64,000 nt of DNA from an uncultured Chloroflexia bacterium (GCA_963744115.1 CAVUSI010000002.1:79575-143574); one strand, 5' to 3'. Numbered from the stretch's first letter, positions 1-9,623 are shown. The notes: a model not told the origin generated them from the letters alone. Translations and numbers: made by a program.

Positions 1-114
1 CGACAGAGCCTGCGCCAGGAGGTCCGCACCCAGCTTCGCGGCACACCCGCCGCAGCTGGTCAGGTCCGTCAGCGGGAGAGGCGGCGGGGTCGACAAGGGA
101 GCGGTCGTCGTCAT
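1..114 (-). CDS. selD: selenophosphate synthetase (selenide, water dikinase) SelD, first 38 codons only; gene runs off the left edge
   Basis: Hand translation of reverse complement 114..1: ATG MTTTAPLSTPPPLPLTDLTSCGGCAAKLGADLLAQALS. The LT....GGC..K....LL pattern resembles the SelD N-terminal Cys/Sec-Gly-Cys-Lys loop (E. coli [23 protein letters not shown], from memory). Divergent from tRNA-Sec/selA/selB. Too short for the ORF track. Confidence 0.5.
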   Translation of the reverse strand, partial: MTTTAPLSTPPPLPLTDLTSCGGCAAKLGADLLAQALS

Positions 115-182
115 CGCCGGATGATACGGCGGTGTCACAGCGTCGAGCCCGCCGGCTCGCCCGCGCTACCATCCCGGAGCGC

Positions 183-279
183 GGGAGCGGAGGGGTCCCG
201 GTGGGTCCCCCGGTCTTCAAAACCGGTGGCGCCACGCTCGACGTGACGCGGTGGGTTCGACTCCCATGCGCTCCCGCCA
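183..279 (+). tRNA. selC: tRNA-Sec, anticodon UCA (reads UGA), about 97 nt with long variable arm and encoded CCA
   Basis: Anticodon stem-loop CCGGT-CTTCAAA-ACCGG with TCA at 217-219. Long extra arm (tggcgccacgctcgacgtgacgcg). T arm GTGGG-TTCGACT-CCCAT. 5' GGGAGCGG (183-190) pairs with GCGCTCCC (268-275), then discriminator G276 and CCA 277-279. Overall layout matches E. coli selC (GGAAGATCG...CTTCAAATCC...GGTTCGACTCC...GCCA). Alternative boundaries 182..277 give a perfect 8-bp acceptor stem. Confidence 0.8.
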
Positions 280-369
280 GCCCGCGACCCGACGAGGTGC
301 GGTATCTTGCGGCGCGGGCGGTATCCAGGCCGGCCCGGCCGGCCTTCGCCTTCCTGTTGGAGGACCTCA

Positions 370-1194
370 ATGCGACGGATCATCAGCGGTCTGGCAGTCG
401 GGGCGGCCGCCCTCTCGCTGGCGGCATGTACCAGCACCGGCGGCAGCAGCGCTGCCCCGGCCAGCGCCCCGGCCCAGGCGAGCGCGTTCGCCGCGGGTGG
501 GGTCGGCGGCACGATCGACGGGACCAACTGGGTCCTCAAGGCGTACGACGTGTCCGGCACCGCGACCCCGGTCCCGGCTGATGTCAAGGTCGACGCGCAC
601 TTCAACGCCGGTCGGATCAACGGGTTCAGCGGCTGCAACGTCTACAACGGGCCGGCGGTCGTGACCGGCTCATCGATCAAGATCGGGCCGGTCGCGGGCA
701 CGCTGATGGCCTGTGTCGGCCCTGGCGCGACCGTCGAGCAGGCGTACCTCGCCAACCTGGGCAAGGTCACCTCGTTCACGGCCTATAACGACGCACTGAC
801 CCTGTACGACAGCGACGCCAAGACGCTCCTCACCTACGCGGCAGGATCGGCCAATCCACTCGAGGGCTCTTGGAACGTGACCGGCTACAACAACGGCAAG
901 ACGGCCGTCATCTCGCCGATCGCCGGGACCACCCTGACGGCCGACTTCGGCGTCGATACCGTCAGCGGTTCGAGCGGCTGCAACACGTACAGCGGCCCAT
1001 ACACGCTGACCGGCACCGACCTCAAGGTGGGCCCGCTGGCATCGACCCGGAAAGCCTGCGAGCAGGCGATCATGGACCAGGAGGCCCAGTTCCTGACCGC
1101 GCTCCAGACACCGACCAAGGTCGAGCCGAGCGGCGCCACGGTCACCCTCCGCGCTGCCAACGGCGAGACCCAGGTGATCCTGGCCGCCAAGTAG
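370..1194 (+). CDS. secreted lipoprotein with two tandem META (DUF306, HslJ-like) domains
   Basis: ATG at 370 preceded by GGAGGA. Signal peptide plus lipobox LSLAAC. Two repeats of the GxSGCNxYxGPY / DGTNWVL META signature (FSGCNVYNGP and SGCNTYSGPYTL). Confidence 0.75.
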   Translation: MRRIISGLAVGAAALSLAACTSTGGSSAAPASAPAQASAFAAGGVGGTIDGTNWVLKAYDVSGTATPVPADVKVDAHFNAGRINGFSGCNVYNGPAVVTGSSIKIGPVAGTLMACVGPGATVEQAYLANLGKVTSFTAYNDALTLYDSDAKTLLTYAAGSANPLEGSWNVTGYNNGKTAVISPIAGTTLTADFGVDTVSGSSGCNTYSGPYTLTGTDLKVGPLASTRKACEQAIMDQEAQFLTALQTPTKVEPSGATVTLRAANGETQVILAAK

Positions 1195-1251
1195 TCTCCC
1201 AGCCGGATCGGTCCGGCGGCTCCGCAAGGACCCGGCGGCCGCGAGAATCGA

Positions 1252-1281
1252 AACGAGCCGTGGCACCTGCCACGGCTCGTT
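1252..1281. terminator. perfect 12-bp inverted repeat (AACGAGCCGTGG-cacctg-CCACGGCTCGTT) between convergent genes; candidate bidirectional terminator
   Basis: Seen directly in the sequence, in the 126-bp gap between the stop of the META lipoprotein gene (+) and the stop of the 1321..1701 membrane protein gene (-). No U tract, as is common in high-GC genomes. Confidence 0.5.
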
Positions 1282-1320
1282 GGTCGTCTGGCGCCCGGTG
1301 GGCTCCGGACCCGGCCCGTC

Positions 1321-1701
1321 CTAGGCTTCGTTGACCATGAACGCGGCCTTGATGTGCGTCGAGTTCAGGTAGAAGAGGACGATCAGCGGGAACAGGATGA
1401 TCCCGAAGCCTGACCCGAGCGATCCCGTAAGGGCGACGAGGATCCCGTCGATCAGGGCGAAGATCGAGATGATGATCCCGAACATCCAGGCCCACGGCTT
1501 GAGCGACCACAGGGCGCCCGACACGGACAGCCAGATCAGCCCCATGATGATCGACGACCAGCCCGCCAGTGAGACGTTGCTGCCGGAATGCGCGGGTCCG
1601 AACAGCACGGCACCGAGCAGGTCGAGGCCGACCAGCAGCTGCATGAACCCCGCGACCCCTGCCAGGACCGACAGGATCGTGATCCCGAGAGGACGACTCA
1701 C
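1321..1701 (-). CDS. small integral membrane protein (4 predicted TM helices), unknown function
   Basis: 126-aa ORF, strongly hydrophobic (MSRPLGITILSVLAGVAGFMQLLVGL...IILFPLIVLFYL). No recognisable catalytic motif. Confidence 0.5.
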   Translation of the reverse strand: MSRPLGITILSVLAGVAGFMQLLVGLDLLGAVLFGPAHSGSNVSLAGWSSIIMGLIWLSVSGALWSLKPWAWMFGIIISIFALIDGILVALTGSLGSGFGIILFPLIVLFYLNSTHIKAAFMVNEA

Positions 1702-1820
1702 TCCGACACCTCCACCGGTGCGGGCGGGCAGGGACGCCCGGCCTCGCGAACCGGCCGGGACAGTAGCATGGGGGTGAGGCCCGGCGCAATGGCACCGGGC
1801 GGCCTCCGAGGTCGTGCCAG

Positions 1821-3212
1821 ATGACCGTCGAACCGACCCGTCGAATGCGACCGCCGAGCGTGGAGCGCCTCCTGGCCGACGCGCGCGAGGAGGTGCACGG
1901 TCGCGAGCACGATGCGGTCGTCAAGGTCGCCCGGGCAGTGATCGCGGGCGAACGCGACCGTCTGGCGGCGGGGTCGCCGCCGCGAGCCGTCGGCGAGCTG
2001 GCGGCGGAGCTCGTCACCCGTCTCGACGCGCTCCTCGTCCCGGGGCCGACCGAGGTGATCAACGGGACCGGTGTCATCGTCCATACGAACATCGGTCGAG
2101 CGCCGTGGCCCGAGGCGGCGATCGCGGCCGCCGGCCGCGCCGCCGCGTCGCCGAGCTTCCTCGAGCTGGAACGCGCCTCCGGTCGGCGGGGATCCCGCTA
2201 CCGCGTGGCCGAAGAGCACCTCATCGCGCTGACCGGTTCCGAGGATGCCTTCGTCACCAACAACAACGCCGCCGCGCTCGCCCTGGCGGTCGGACTCGCG
2301 GGTCGGGGCGGCGTGATCGTCTCCCGCGGGGAGCTGGTCGAGATCGGCGGAGGCGTCCGGATCCCGGACATCGTCCGGCGGGCAGGCGCGAAGCTGATCG
2401 AGGTCGGCACGACGAACCGGACCCGGGTTGACGACTTCGCGCCGCCGCTCGCCGACGGCCGAGCCCGGCTGGTCCTCCGGGTCCATCCGTCGAACTTCCG
2501 CCAGGAGGGGTTCGTCGAGTCGCCGGATCCGACGGCGTTGGCCGAGCTTGCCCACGCCCATGGCGCCGTGGTGATCGACGACCTCGGGAGCGGCGCCCTG
2601 CTCGCGACGGAGGCGTTCGGCCTTGCCCACGAGCCGACGCCGACGGAGCGTCTGGCGGCCGGGGCCGACCTGGTGACGTTCAGCGGGGACAAGCTGGTCG
2701 GCGGTCCCCAGGCGGGGCTGGTCGTCGGGCGCGCCGACCTGGTCGCCAGACTCCGCAAGGACCCGTTGGCGCGGGCGACCCGGCCGGACAAGGTCACGCT
2801 GGCCGCCGTCGCGGCGACGCTCGGCCTGTATCTCGGTGGACTGGCGGTCCGCGAGATCCCGGTCTGGAGGATGATCGCGGCCCGTCCCGACGACCTGCGG
2901 GCTCGTGCCGAGGCCCTGCTCGCGCGGCTCGACGACCCGACGGTGGACGCCCACCCGTTCGCGATGGCATCGACCGTGGGGGGTGGGTCCTTGCCCGGCG
3001 AGACGCTCCCGTCATGGGGACTGTCGCTCGGCGGCCGGTCGGCGGATGCGCTCCTCGCCCGGCTCCGCCGGGGCACGCCCGCCGTCGTCGGTCGGATCGA
3101 GGCGGATCGGGTCCTGATCGACCTGCGCACGGTCGACCCGCTCGACGACCCTGCCCTGACCCGGGCGATCGCGGCGGCCGTCGCCGGCCCTCGACGAACC
3201 GGGCCGTCGTGA
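1821..3212 (+). CDS. selA: L-seryl-tRNA(Sec) selenium transferase (selenocysteine synthase) SelA
   Basis: 463 aa. Contains [18 protein letters not shown] and the PLP-lysine motif [13 protein letters not shown] typical of SelA. Immediately followed by selB with a GTGA overlap. Confidence 0.9.
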   Translation: MTVEPTRRMRPPSVERLLADAREEVHGREHDAVVKVARAVIAGERDRLAAGSPPRAVGELAAELVTRLDALLVPGPTEVINGTGVIVHTNIGRAPWPEAAIAAAGRAAASPSFLELERASGRRGSRYRVAEEHLIALTGSEDAFVTNNNAAALALAVGLAGRGGVIVSRGELVEIGGGVRIPDIVRRAGAKLIEVGTTNRTRVDDFAPPLADGRARLVLRVHPSNFRQEGFVESPDPTALAELAHAHGAVVIDDLGSGALLATEAFGLAHEPTPTERLAAGADLVTFSGDKLVGGPQAGLVVGRADLVARLRKDPLARATRPDKVTLAAVAATLGLYLGGLAVREIPVWRMIAARPDDLRARAEALLARLDDPTVDAHPFAMASTVGGGSLPGETLPSWGLSLGGRSADALLARLRRGTPAVVGRIEADRVLIDLRTVDPLDDPALTRAIAAAVAGPRRTGPS

Positions 3213-5128
3213 CGGTCGTCGTCGGGACCGCCGGCCACATCGACCACGGCAAGACGACGCTCCTCCGCGCGCTCACCGGGATCGACGCGGACCGGCTGCC
3301 GGAGGAACGACGCCGGGGGATGACGATCGACGTCGGCTACGCCCACCTCGAGCTGCCCGACGGGTCGGCGCTCGACTTCGTGGACGTACCCGGCCACGAT
3401 CGGCTGGTCGGGAACATGCTCGTGGGGGCTGGGGAGATCGATGCGGCCCTGCTGATCGTCGCCGCGGACGACGGGCCGCGAGCGCAGACGTATGAGCACG
3501 CCGAGCTCCTCGACGCACTCGGGATCCGGTACGGGATCGCGGTCGTCACCAAGGCCGATGTCGCCGGGCCCGATCGGACCGCCGAGGTCGTCGCCGCGGT
3601 CAGGTCCGTCCTCGCCCCGACGTCCCTGGACCGGTCGCCCGTGCTCGCGGTGTCGTCGACGTCGGGTCAGGGGATCGACGATGTCCGTGGCGCGCTCACG
3701 GACCTGCGCGACCGGGTGATCCGCGACGGCACCCGGCGAGGTTCCGATGACACCGTCCGCCTCGCGATCGATCGGGTCTTCTCGATCAGGGGCCGCGGTC
3801 TGGTGGTCACCGGCTCGTTCCGGGGCGACCGCCTCGACCGGGGCGCCACCCTTCGACTCGAACCCGGCGCCCGAACCGTCCGAGCCCGGGAGTTGCAGGT
3901 CCACGGGCATCCCGTCGAGTCGGCGACGGACGGGGGCCGGGTCGCGCTCAACGTGACCGGCAGCGATCCGGCCGCGGTCGAACGCGGCGCCGTCCTGACG
4001 ACGGATCCCGCGGTCATCGGCACGGACCGCCTCCTGGTGCTGATTCGTCCGCCCGTCCGCTGGGACCATCGGAGCGGTGCCCGCCCCCTCGTCCGCGGCG
4101 GGACGTTCCGGCTCCACCTCGGGACCGAAGCCGTCGACGCGAGGTTCCGTCACGGGATCCGTCACGGGACCGACCTCGTCGACGGCCGTCGGGTCGCGAC
4201 GCTCAGGCTGGACCGACCGATCGCCGCGGCGCCCGGTGACCCGTTCGTGCTCCGCCTGCCGTCGCCGGTCGCCACGGTCGCCGCGGGGATCGTCCTCGAC
4301 GCGTCCCCGCCGCGTGGCGCGTCGCTGCGCCGGGTCGAGCCCGCGACGCTCGCCGAGGTGGTCGGCGCCAGGGCGTCGGGCGATCCGGCCGCGATCCTCG
4401 GCGCGCGCGTCGCCCTTCACGGGATCGTCGCCTCCTCGGGCACGCGCCCGCCGCTGGGAGCGCAGGCCATGGGCCCGTGGCTCGTCGCGCAGCCGGTCGT
4501 CGAGCGCCTCGAGGTCGAGGCGCTCGAGGCGGTCGACGCCCACCACCAGCGTGAGCCGCTCTCGCCCGGCATGCCGTCGGCCGAGCTGCGGCGACGACTC
4601 GGTCGGTCGGTCCGCCGGGCTCTGACCGTCGACGCGTCGGCCGCCGACGTCGTCGCCGGCGGGACCATCGATGGTCTGATCGCCACCGGGAGGCTGGTCC
4701 GTGCCGGCGACGTCGTCCGCGACCCTCGTCGCTCGGATGGGGCACTCCCGATCGAGGTCACCTCGGCGATGGCCCGCCTGGAGGATCTCCTCGACGTTCC
4801 GGCACCCCCATCGCTGCGCGCGGCGATCCTGCGCGCCGGGTGCCCGCCAGAAGGCGTGCGTGCGCTCCAGTCGAGCGGTCGGATCGTTCGTCTCGATGAC
4901 GACCTCGCCTGGGCGTCGCCGACGTATCAGCGTCTCGAGGCCGTCGCCGTGGACCTGGCGGACCCGGGCCCCTTGACCCCGGCCGCGTTGCGCGACGCGA
5001 CCGGGACGAGCCGCAAGTACGTGATGGCCTTGCTCGAGGATCTCGATCGCCGAGGGATCCTGCGACGGACCGCCGACGGACACGTCCGTGGCCCGCGCGC
5101 CGCCGCGACCCTGCCGGCCGCGGACTGA
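3209..5128 (+). CDS. selB: selenocysteine-specific translation elongation factor SelB
   Basis: GTG at 3209 overlaps the selA stop. G-domain motifs [23 protein letters not shown]. About 639 aa with a long C-terminal winged-helix/mRNA-binding extension, as in SelB rather than EF-Tu. Confidence 0.9.
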   Translation: MTVVVGTAGHIDHGKTTLLRALTGIDADRLPEERRRGMTIDVGYAHLELPDGSALDFVDVPGHDRLVGNMLVGAGEIDAALLIVAADDGPRAQTYEHAELLDALGIRYGIAVVTKADVAGPDRTAEVVAAVRSVLAPTSLDRSPVLAVSSTSGQGIDDVRGALTDLRDRVIRDGTRRGSDDTVRLAIDRVFSIRGRGLVVTGSFRGDRLDRGATLRLEPGARTVRARELQVHGHPVESATDGGRVALNVTGSDPAAVERGAVLTTDPAVIGTDRLLVLIRPPVRWDHRSGARPLVRGGTFRLHLGTEAVDARFRHGIRHGTDLVDGRRVATLRLDRPIAAAPGDPFVLRLPSPVATVAAGIVLDASPPRGASLRRVEPATLAEVVGARASGDPAAILGARVALHGIVASSGTRPPLGAQAMGPWLVAQPVVERLEVEALEAVDAHHQREPLSPGMPSAELRRRLGRSVRRALTVDASAADVVAGGTIDGLIATGRLVRAGDVVRDPRRSDGALPIEVTSAMARLEDLLDVPAPPSLRAAILRAGCPPEGVRALQSSGRIVRLDDDLAWASPTYQRLEAVAVDLADPGPLTPAALRDATGTSRKYVMALLEDLDRRGILRRTADGHVRGPRAAATLPAAD

Positions 5129-5129
5129 C

Positions 5130-5801
5130 GTGGCGGTCGATCGCGTCCAGGACGGGCCCGCTCCGCCGTTCGGGATCGTCCTGGCCGGCGGGCGGTCGAG
5201 CCGGTTCGGTCGGGACAAGCTCGCCGAGCTCATCGATGGGGAGCCTCTCCTGTGGCGACCGATCCGCGCCCTCGCCGACGCCGGGTGCGCCGAGATCGCG
5301 GTCGTGGTCTCGCCGGCCGGGGTCGCACCCGCCCTGCCGGGCGACGTCGGCTCGCGGATCCGCCTTGTCCGCGATGCCGAGGCCTTCGGTGGACCGCTGT
5401 CGGGCGTGCGGACCGGCCTCTCGGTCTTGATCGTGGCCGGCGGCGATGCGACGGTGCTCGTCGTGGGTGGAGACCAGCCGTCGCTCGGGCCCGCGGTGCT
5501 CCGCGATCTCGCCACGCGGGTCGGGCCTGACCGCCGGGCTGTCGCGTTGGCGGACCGGACCGGGCGGGTACGTCCGCTGCCGATGGCGGTGGCCGCGCGT
5601 TCCGCCCTGTCGGCCGCGACGGCGCTGCTGGGTGACGGCGAGCGTCGGTTGCGCGCCTTGGCGACGACGTTGGCCGCCGGCGTCGTGCCGTTCGAGACAT
5701 GGGTCCGGCTCGACCCGACCGCCTCCACGCTCGCCGATGTCGACCTCCAGGAGGACCTTCCCGACCGTGGTCGGGCCGGGATCCCACCGCCGCCGCATTG
5801 A
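5130..5801 (+). CDS. mobA: molybdenum cofactor guanylyltransferase MobA
   Basis: GIVLAGGRSSRFGRDKL nucleotidyltransferase motif. About 223 aa. Starts 2 nt after the selB stop. Fits the MGD cofactor requirement of formate dehydrogenase-type selenoproteins. Confidence 0.75.
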   Translation: MAVDRVQDGPAPPFGIVLAGGRSSRFGRDKLAELIDGEPLLWRPIRALADAGCAEIAVVVSPAGVAPALPGDVGSRIRLVRDAEAFGGPLSGVRTGLSVLIVAGGDATVLVVGGDQPSLGPAVLRDLATRVGPDRRAVALADRTGRVRPLPMAVAARSALSAATALLGDGERRLRALATTLAAGVVPFETWVRLDPTASTLADVDLQEDLPDRGRAGIPPPPH

Positions 5802-5852
5802 CGCAACACGGTTCGTTGCGTCATGCTTGGCAAGAACGGAGGACGCACAACG

Positions 5853-6188
5853 ATGCCGATCCCAGCCAGAGAGCGGATCGAGTCGCTCGTGACGGATCTC
5901 GGCAGCCGGGCCGAGGTTGCCCGGGCGCTCCACGTCGACCGGTCCCAGGTCACCCGCTGGCTCGATCGAGGCCAGGATCCAGACCCCGAGAACGTCCGGA
6001 AGGTCGAGGGGGTCGAGCTCGTGCTCGCCCGCCTGCTGCGCATCTACGACCGTGATGCGGCGCTCCGCTGGCTCGACGGGTTCAACGCCCAGCTGGGCGG
6101 TCGCCGCCCGATCGACCTGCTCGCCCGGGGACGCCTGACCGAGGTCCTCGACGCGGTCGACGGAGACGAGATCGGGTCGTTCGCCTGA
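5853..6188 (+). CDS. type II antitoxin, Xre-like HTH plus DUF2384 (ParS/MbcA family)
   Basis: ATG at 5853 with AACGGAGG Shine-Dalgarno (an in-frame upstream start at 5823 is also possible). HTH segment (LGSRAEVARALHVDRSQVTRWL), then C-terminal RLLRIYDRDAALRWLDGFNAQLGGRRPIDLL typical of DUF2384 antitoxins paired with RES toxins. Confidence 0.75.
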   Translation: MPIPARERIESLVTDLGSRAEVARALHVDRSQVTRWLDRGQDPDPENVRKVEGVELVLARLLRIYDRDAALRWLDGFNAQLGGRRPIDLLARGRLTEVLDAVDGDEIGSFA

Positions 6189-6189
6189 C

Positions 6190-6774
6190 GTGCTCTTCCG
6201 GGTCTTCGGCTGGCTGCCGGACGCGACGCCGGAGCCGCTCCGCGTCCCGCGAGATCGACAGGGAGCCGGGCGACACGACGACCCTGATCGCTACACCGCC
6301 TGGTACCTCGCACGCGAACCGGCCTCCGCCGTCGCCGAGGCGATCCAGGCCTTCCGTGGCCAGGAGCTGATCGCGTCGGCCTTCGTGCGACCCGACGGCG
6401 CGCGACGGTCCCTGGCGACGCTTGACGACGCCGGGCTCCCGCCGCTCCTCGACCTCGACGATCCCGCGGTCCTCCTGGAGCGGGGTCTTCGTCCATCCGG
6501 TGTCGCCACAGGGATCCGACGGACCACGCAGCGACTCGCGGCCACCGCGTTCGACGATGGGGCCGTCGGCTTGTCATGGTGGTCTGCGCTCGAGGCCTCG
6601 TGGACGAACGTGACGGTGTTCGCCGAACGGCTCGGCGGCCCGCTCCCGGTCCTCGACGCGGTCCCCTTGACGCTCGATCACCCCGCCGTGGTGGAGGCGG
6701 CCGAGCGGCTCGGCGTCCGGCTCGGGTCGCCGGGCGGTCGAGGTCGGCGGCCTCGACTCACCGTCGTCCGCTGA
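6190..6774 (+). CDS. RES-domain toxin (ParT/MbcT-like NAD+-targeting toxin)
   Basis: GTG at 6190, 2 nt after the antitoxin stop. Conserved R (WYLAREPAS), E and S (WWSALEASWTNVTVF) of the RES domain in the expected order. 194 aa. Confidence 0.7.
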   Translation: MLFRVFGWLPDATPEPLRVPRDRQGAGRHDDPDRYTAWYLAREPASAVAEAIQAFRGQELIASAFVRPDGARRSLATLDDAGLPPLLDLDDPAVLLERGLRPSGVATGIRRTTQRLAATAFDDGAVGLSWWSALEASWTNVTVFAERLGGPLPVLDAVPLTLDHPAVVEAAERLGVRLGSPGGRGRRPRLTVVR

Positions 6775-6840
6775 CGCGCGGCCGATCCGTCGACGGCCCA
6801 TCCACGGCCGGGCGCGGCCGAAGCGCGGCCGGTCCGCCGG

Positions 6841-8493
6841 TCAGCCGTCGAGTTCGGCGGTCTCGTGGACGGCGCGCCCGTCGATGAAGGTCCCGACGAC
6901 GCTCGCCTCGCCGATCATCCCTGCGCCACGATCCCACAGGTCCCGGTCGAGGACGACGAGGTCGGCCAGCTTCCCGACCGTCAGCGACCCGGTGACGTCG
7001 TCGAGGTGGTTCGCATGGGCGGACCCCATCGTGAACGCATGGATGGCCCTGTCGAGGCTGATGCGCTCCTCAGGGTAGAAGACCGGCACCCGGCCCACGT
7101 CCGAGTGATGGATCCGCTCGACGGCCACCTGGATCTCCTCGAGGACGTCGGCGGTCGAGACGCCCCAGTCGCTGCCCATCGCCAAGCGGGCTCCGGCGCG
7201 GACCAGCGAGCCGAACGGATACTGCCTGGCGGCCCGCTCGGGGCCGAGGAACGGGAGCGTCAAGAGGTCCATCTGCGGGTCGTGGCAGGCCCACAGAGGC
7301 TGAGCGTTCGCGGTCGCCCCGAGCGACGCGAAGCGCGGGATGTCGTCTGGATGGACCAGTTGGATGTGGGCGAGCTGGTGTCGGCCGTCGGTCGAGCCGT
7401 TCGCTCGTCGCGCTGCTTCGAGCGAATCGAGCGCCAGCCGGACGGCGCGGTCGCCGATCACGTGGAAGTGGACCTGGAAGCCCGCCGCGTCCAGGCGGCT
7501 GGCAGCCCGTTCGACGAGGTCCGGATCGAAGAACAGGATCCCCGTGCCGCCGGTCGGGCGCCCGTCGGCCCGGAGATACGGCTCGAGCATCGCGCCCGTG
7601 AAGACCTCGAGCACGCCGTCGAGCATGATCTTGACCGACGTCGGGGCGAACCGCGGCGTCCGCCCGGCCGCGCGCCGTTCGATCAGCCCGTCGATGGCGT
7701 CGAGCCCCCACCCCTCCTCGAACCGCAGCGCGCCGACCACCCGCCCGGTCAGCTCGCCGCGTCCGTCGAGCGTCTGGTAGGCGGCCTGCTCTCCCGGTCC
7801 GACGCTCGCGTCCTGCCAGGCTGTGACCCCGACCGAGTGGAGGTAGGCCTGCGCCAGCAGCAACCCGCGCTCGCGCTCCTCGTCGCCCGTCGGCGGCAGC
7901 AGGATCTCGACGGGCGTGGTCGCTCCGTCGTGCAGGGCACCGCTCGGCGTGCCGTCGGGATCGCGCTCGATCCGTCCGCCGATCGGATCCGGGGTCGTCG
8001 AGTCGATCCCGGCCATCGACAGGGCCCGCGAGCTGACCCACGCGCTGTGGCCGTCCCGGTTCTCGAGGTAGGCCGGGCGGTCGCCCACGGCTGCGTCCAG
8101 GTCGCGCCGGTGGGGGGTGCCTCCGGGAAAGTCGGACATCGACCAGCCGCTGCCGACGATCCATGCGAGGTCGGGGTTCGCGACCGCGTAGGCCCGGATC
8201 GCGTCGATCGCCCCGGCCCGTCCACCGGCGACGCCGAGGAGGTCGCAGCGGAGCTTGTCCAGCCCGGACGTGACCGGATGGACGTGCGCGTCCTGGAATC
8301 CCGGCAGGACCGTCCGGCCACGGAGCTCGATGACCCGCGTCCGCGGGCCGATCCGGCCGACGATCTCGTCGTCCCAGCCGACCGCGGCGATCCGTCCGTC
8401 GCGAACGGCCAGGGCGGTCGCCTGTGGGCGAGCGTCATCGACGGTATGGATCGCCCCACCGCGCAGGACGAGATCGGCGGCCTCGGTCGTCAT
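6841..8493 (-). CDS. amidohydrolase family protein (metal-dependent hydrolase, YtcJ/amidohydrolase-3 type)
   Basis: About 550 aa. N-terminal LVLRGGAIHTVDD...GRIAAVG...LPGFQDAHVHP motif. Start taken at Met 8493 (an in-frame upstream start at 8544 is possible). Confidence 0.7.
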   Translation of the reverse strand: MTTEAADLVLRGGAIHTVDDARPQATALAVRDGRIAAVGWDDEIVGRIGPRTRVIELRGRTVLPGFQDAHVHPVTSGLDKLRCDLLGVAGGRAGAIDAIRAYAVANPDLAWIVGSGWSMSDFPGGTPHRRDLDAAVGDRPAYLENRDGHSAWVSSRALSMAGIDSTTPDPIGGRIERDPDGTPSGALHDGATTPVEILLPPTGDEERERGLLLAQAYLHSVGVTAWQDASVGPGEQAAYQTLDGRGELTGRVVGALRFEEGWGLDAIDGLIERRAAGRTPRFAPTSVKIMLDGVLEVFTGAMLEPYLRADGRPTGGTGILFFDPDLVERAASRLDAAGFQVHFHVIGDRAVRLALDSLEAARRANGSTDGRHQLAHIQLVHPDDIPRFASLGATANAQPLWACHDPQMDLLTLPFLGPERAARQYPFGSLVRAGARLAMGSDWGVSTADVLEEIQVAVERIHHSDVGRVPVFYPEERISLDRAIHAFTMGSAHANHLDDVTGSLTVGKLADLVVLDRDLWDRGAGMIGEASVVGTFIDGRAVHETAELDG

Positions 8494-8678
8494 CGCCGGC
8501 GAGGATGCCAGTCGGACCCGCCCGGGCGCCCCAGCGTCCCGCACCGCGGGCCCGCGGTGCGCTGCAGGTCTGTGCCGTGGTCGTGGGCCGCCGCCGGCGT
8601 GAGCCGCCGCCTGCGCGTCGAGGCACTGCCCGCGCGCCAGGCCGCCCCGCGCGACGCCGGGCGGGTACCATCGCAGAC

Positions 8679-9227
8679 ATGGCCACGGTCCACCTCCTCC
8701 ATGCCGGCTACGCCGACGAGCGCGTCGGCAGCAGCATCAGCCTCGTCCGTGACGGCGACGCGCTGATCGTCGCGGACCCGGGGATGGTCGCTCGACGATC
8801 GCTCATCCTCGACCCGCTGGCGGCCCTGGGAGTCGAGCCGGAGGCCGTGACCCACGTCTTCCTGAGTCACCATCACCCGGACCACACGATCAACATCGCG
8901 CTGTTCCCGAATGCGGAGGTCGTCGACTTCTGGGCGCGCTACCGGGACGACCTGTGGCTCGACCACGAAGGCGACGGCTACGCCCTCAGCCCGCACGCGC
9001 GACTGTGGCTCACGCCCGGGCACACCGAGGAGGACGCCTCGCTGATCGTCGAAGCCGACGACGGGGTGTACGCGCTGACCCACCTGTGGTGGAAGACCGA
9101 CCGCACCCCGGACGTCGATCCGCTGGCGAGCGACCAGGCGGCGATCGTCCGCGGTCGAGCGCGTGTGCTGGCGGTCGCCGACATCGTGATCCCGGGCCAC
9201 GGGGCGCCGTTCAACGTGCGCCCGTGA
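8679..9227 (+). CDS. MBL-fold metallo-hydrolase
   Basis: HxHxDH motif (LSHHHPDHTIN) and downstream His/Asp ligands (TPGHTEED, IPGHGAPF). 182 aa from ATG 8679. Confidence 0.7.
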   Translation: MATVHLLHAGYADERVGSSISLVRDGDALIVADPGMVARRSLILDPLAALGVEPEAVTHVFLSHHHPDHTINIALFPNAEVVDFWARYRDDLWLDHEGDGYALSPHARLWLTPGHTEEDASLIVEADDGVYALTHLWWKTDRTPDVDPLASDQAAIVRGRARVLAVADIVIPGHGAPFNVRP

Positions 9228-9293
9228 TCCAGTCCGATCCGCCGATCCCGCGACGGCCCCATGTCCGCGGCCTTGATGGGCTAGGATGCCGCC

Positions 9294-9623
9294 ATGTATG
9301 AAGGCTTGGTCGGACTGTTCATCATCGGCGGCGCGGTGTGGTTCATCTGCGCGTACCTGGCGTACGTCACCGCGGGGAAGAAGCGCCGACGTCCGCTCAC
9401 CTGGGGGATCCTGGGGATCTTCTTCGGGCCGCTCGCGTTCGCTGCGGTCTACATGATGCCACCCGGCGACATGCCGGCCCACCACGAGCCGGAGGCCACC
9501 CACGATCACGGAGCCGCCGGGCACGATCACGGGACCGCCGGGCACGAAGGTTCCTCGCATCATCCGAGCCACGGCCAGACCCAGGAGCAGGCGGACAACT
9601 ACGAGGTCCCCCACAAGCACTGA
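9294..9623 (+). CDS. small membrane protein with two TM helices and a His-rich C-terminal tail
   Basis: 109 aa. Hydrophobic N-terminal half. Tail HHEPEATHDHGAAGHDHGTAGHEGSSHHPSHG suggests metal binding. Confidence 0.45.
   Translation: MYEGLVGLFIIGGAVWFICAYLAYVTAGKKRRRPLTWGILGIFFGPLAFAAVYMMPPGDMPAHHEPEATHDHGAAGHDHGTAGHEGSSHHPSHGQTQEQADNYEVPHKH

Noticed and set aside
2198-6043. 1281-aa minus-strand ORF antisense to selA/selB/mobA
   Set aside because: Low-complexity R/P/G/S-rich translation with no motifs. The opposite strand carries clear selA, selB and mobA.
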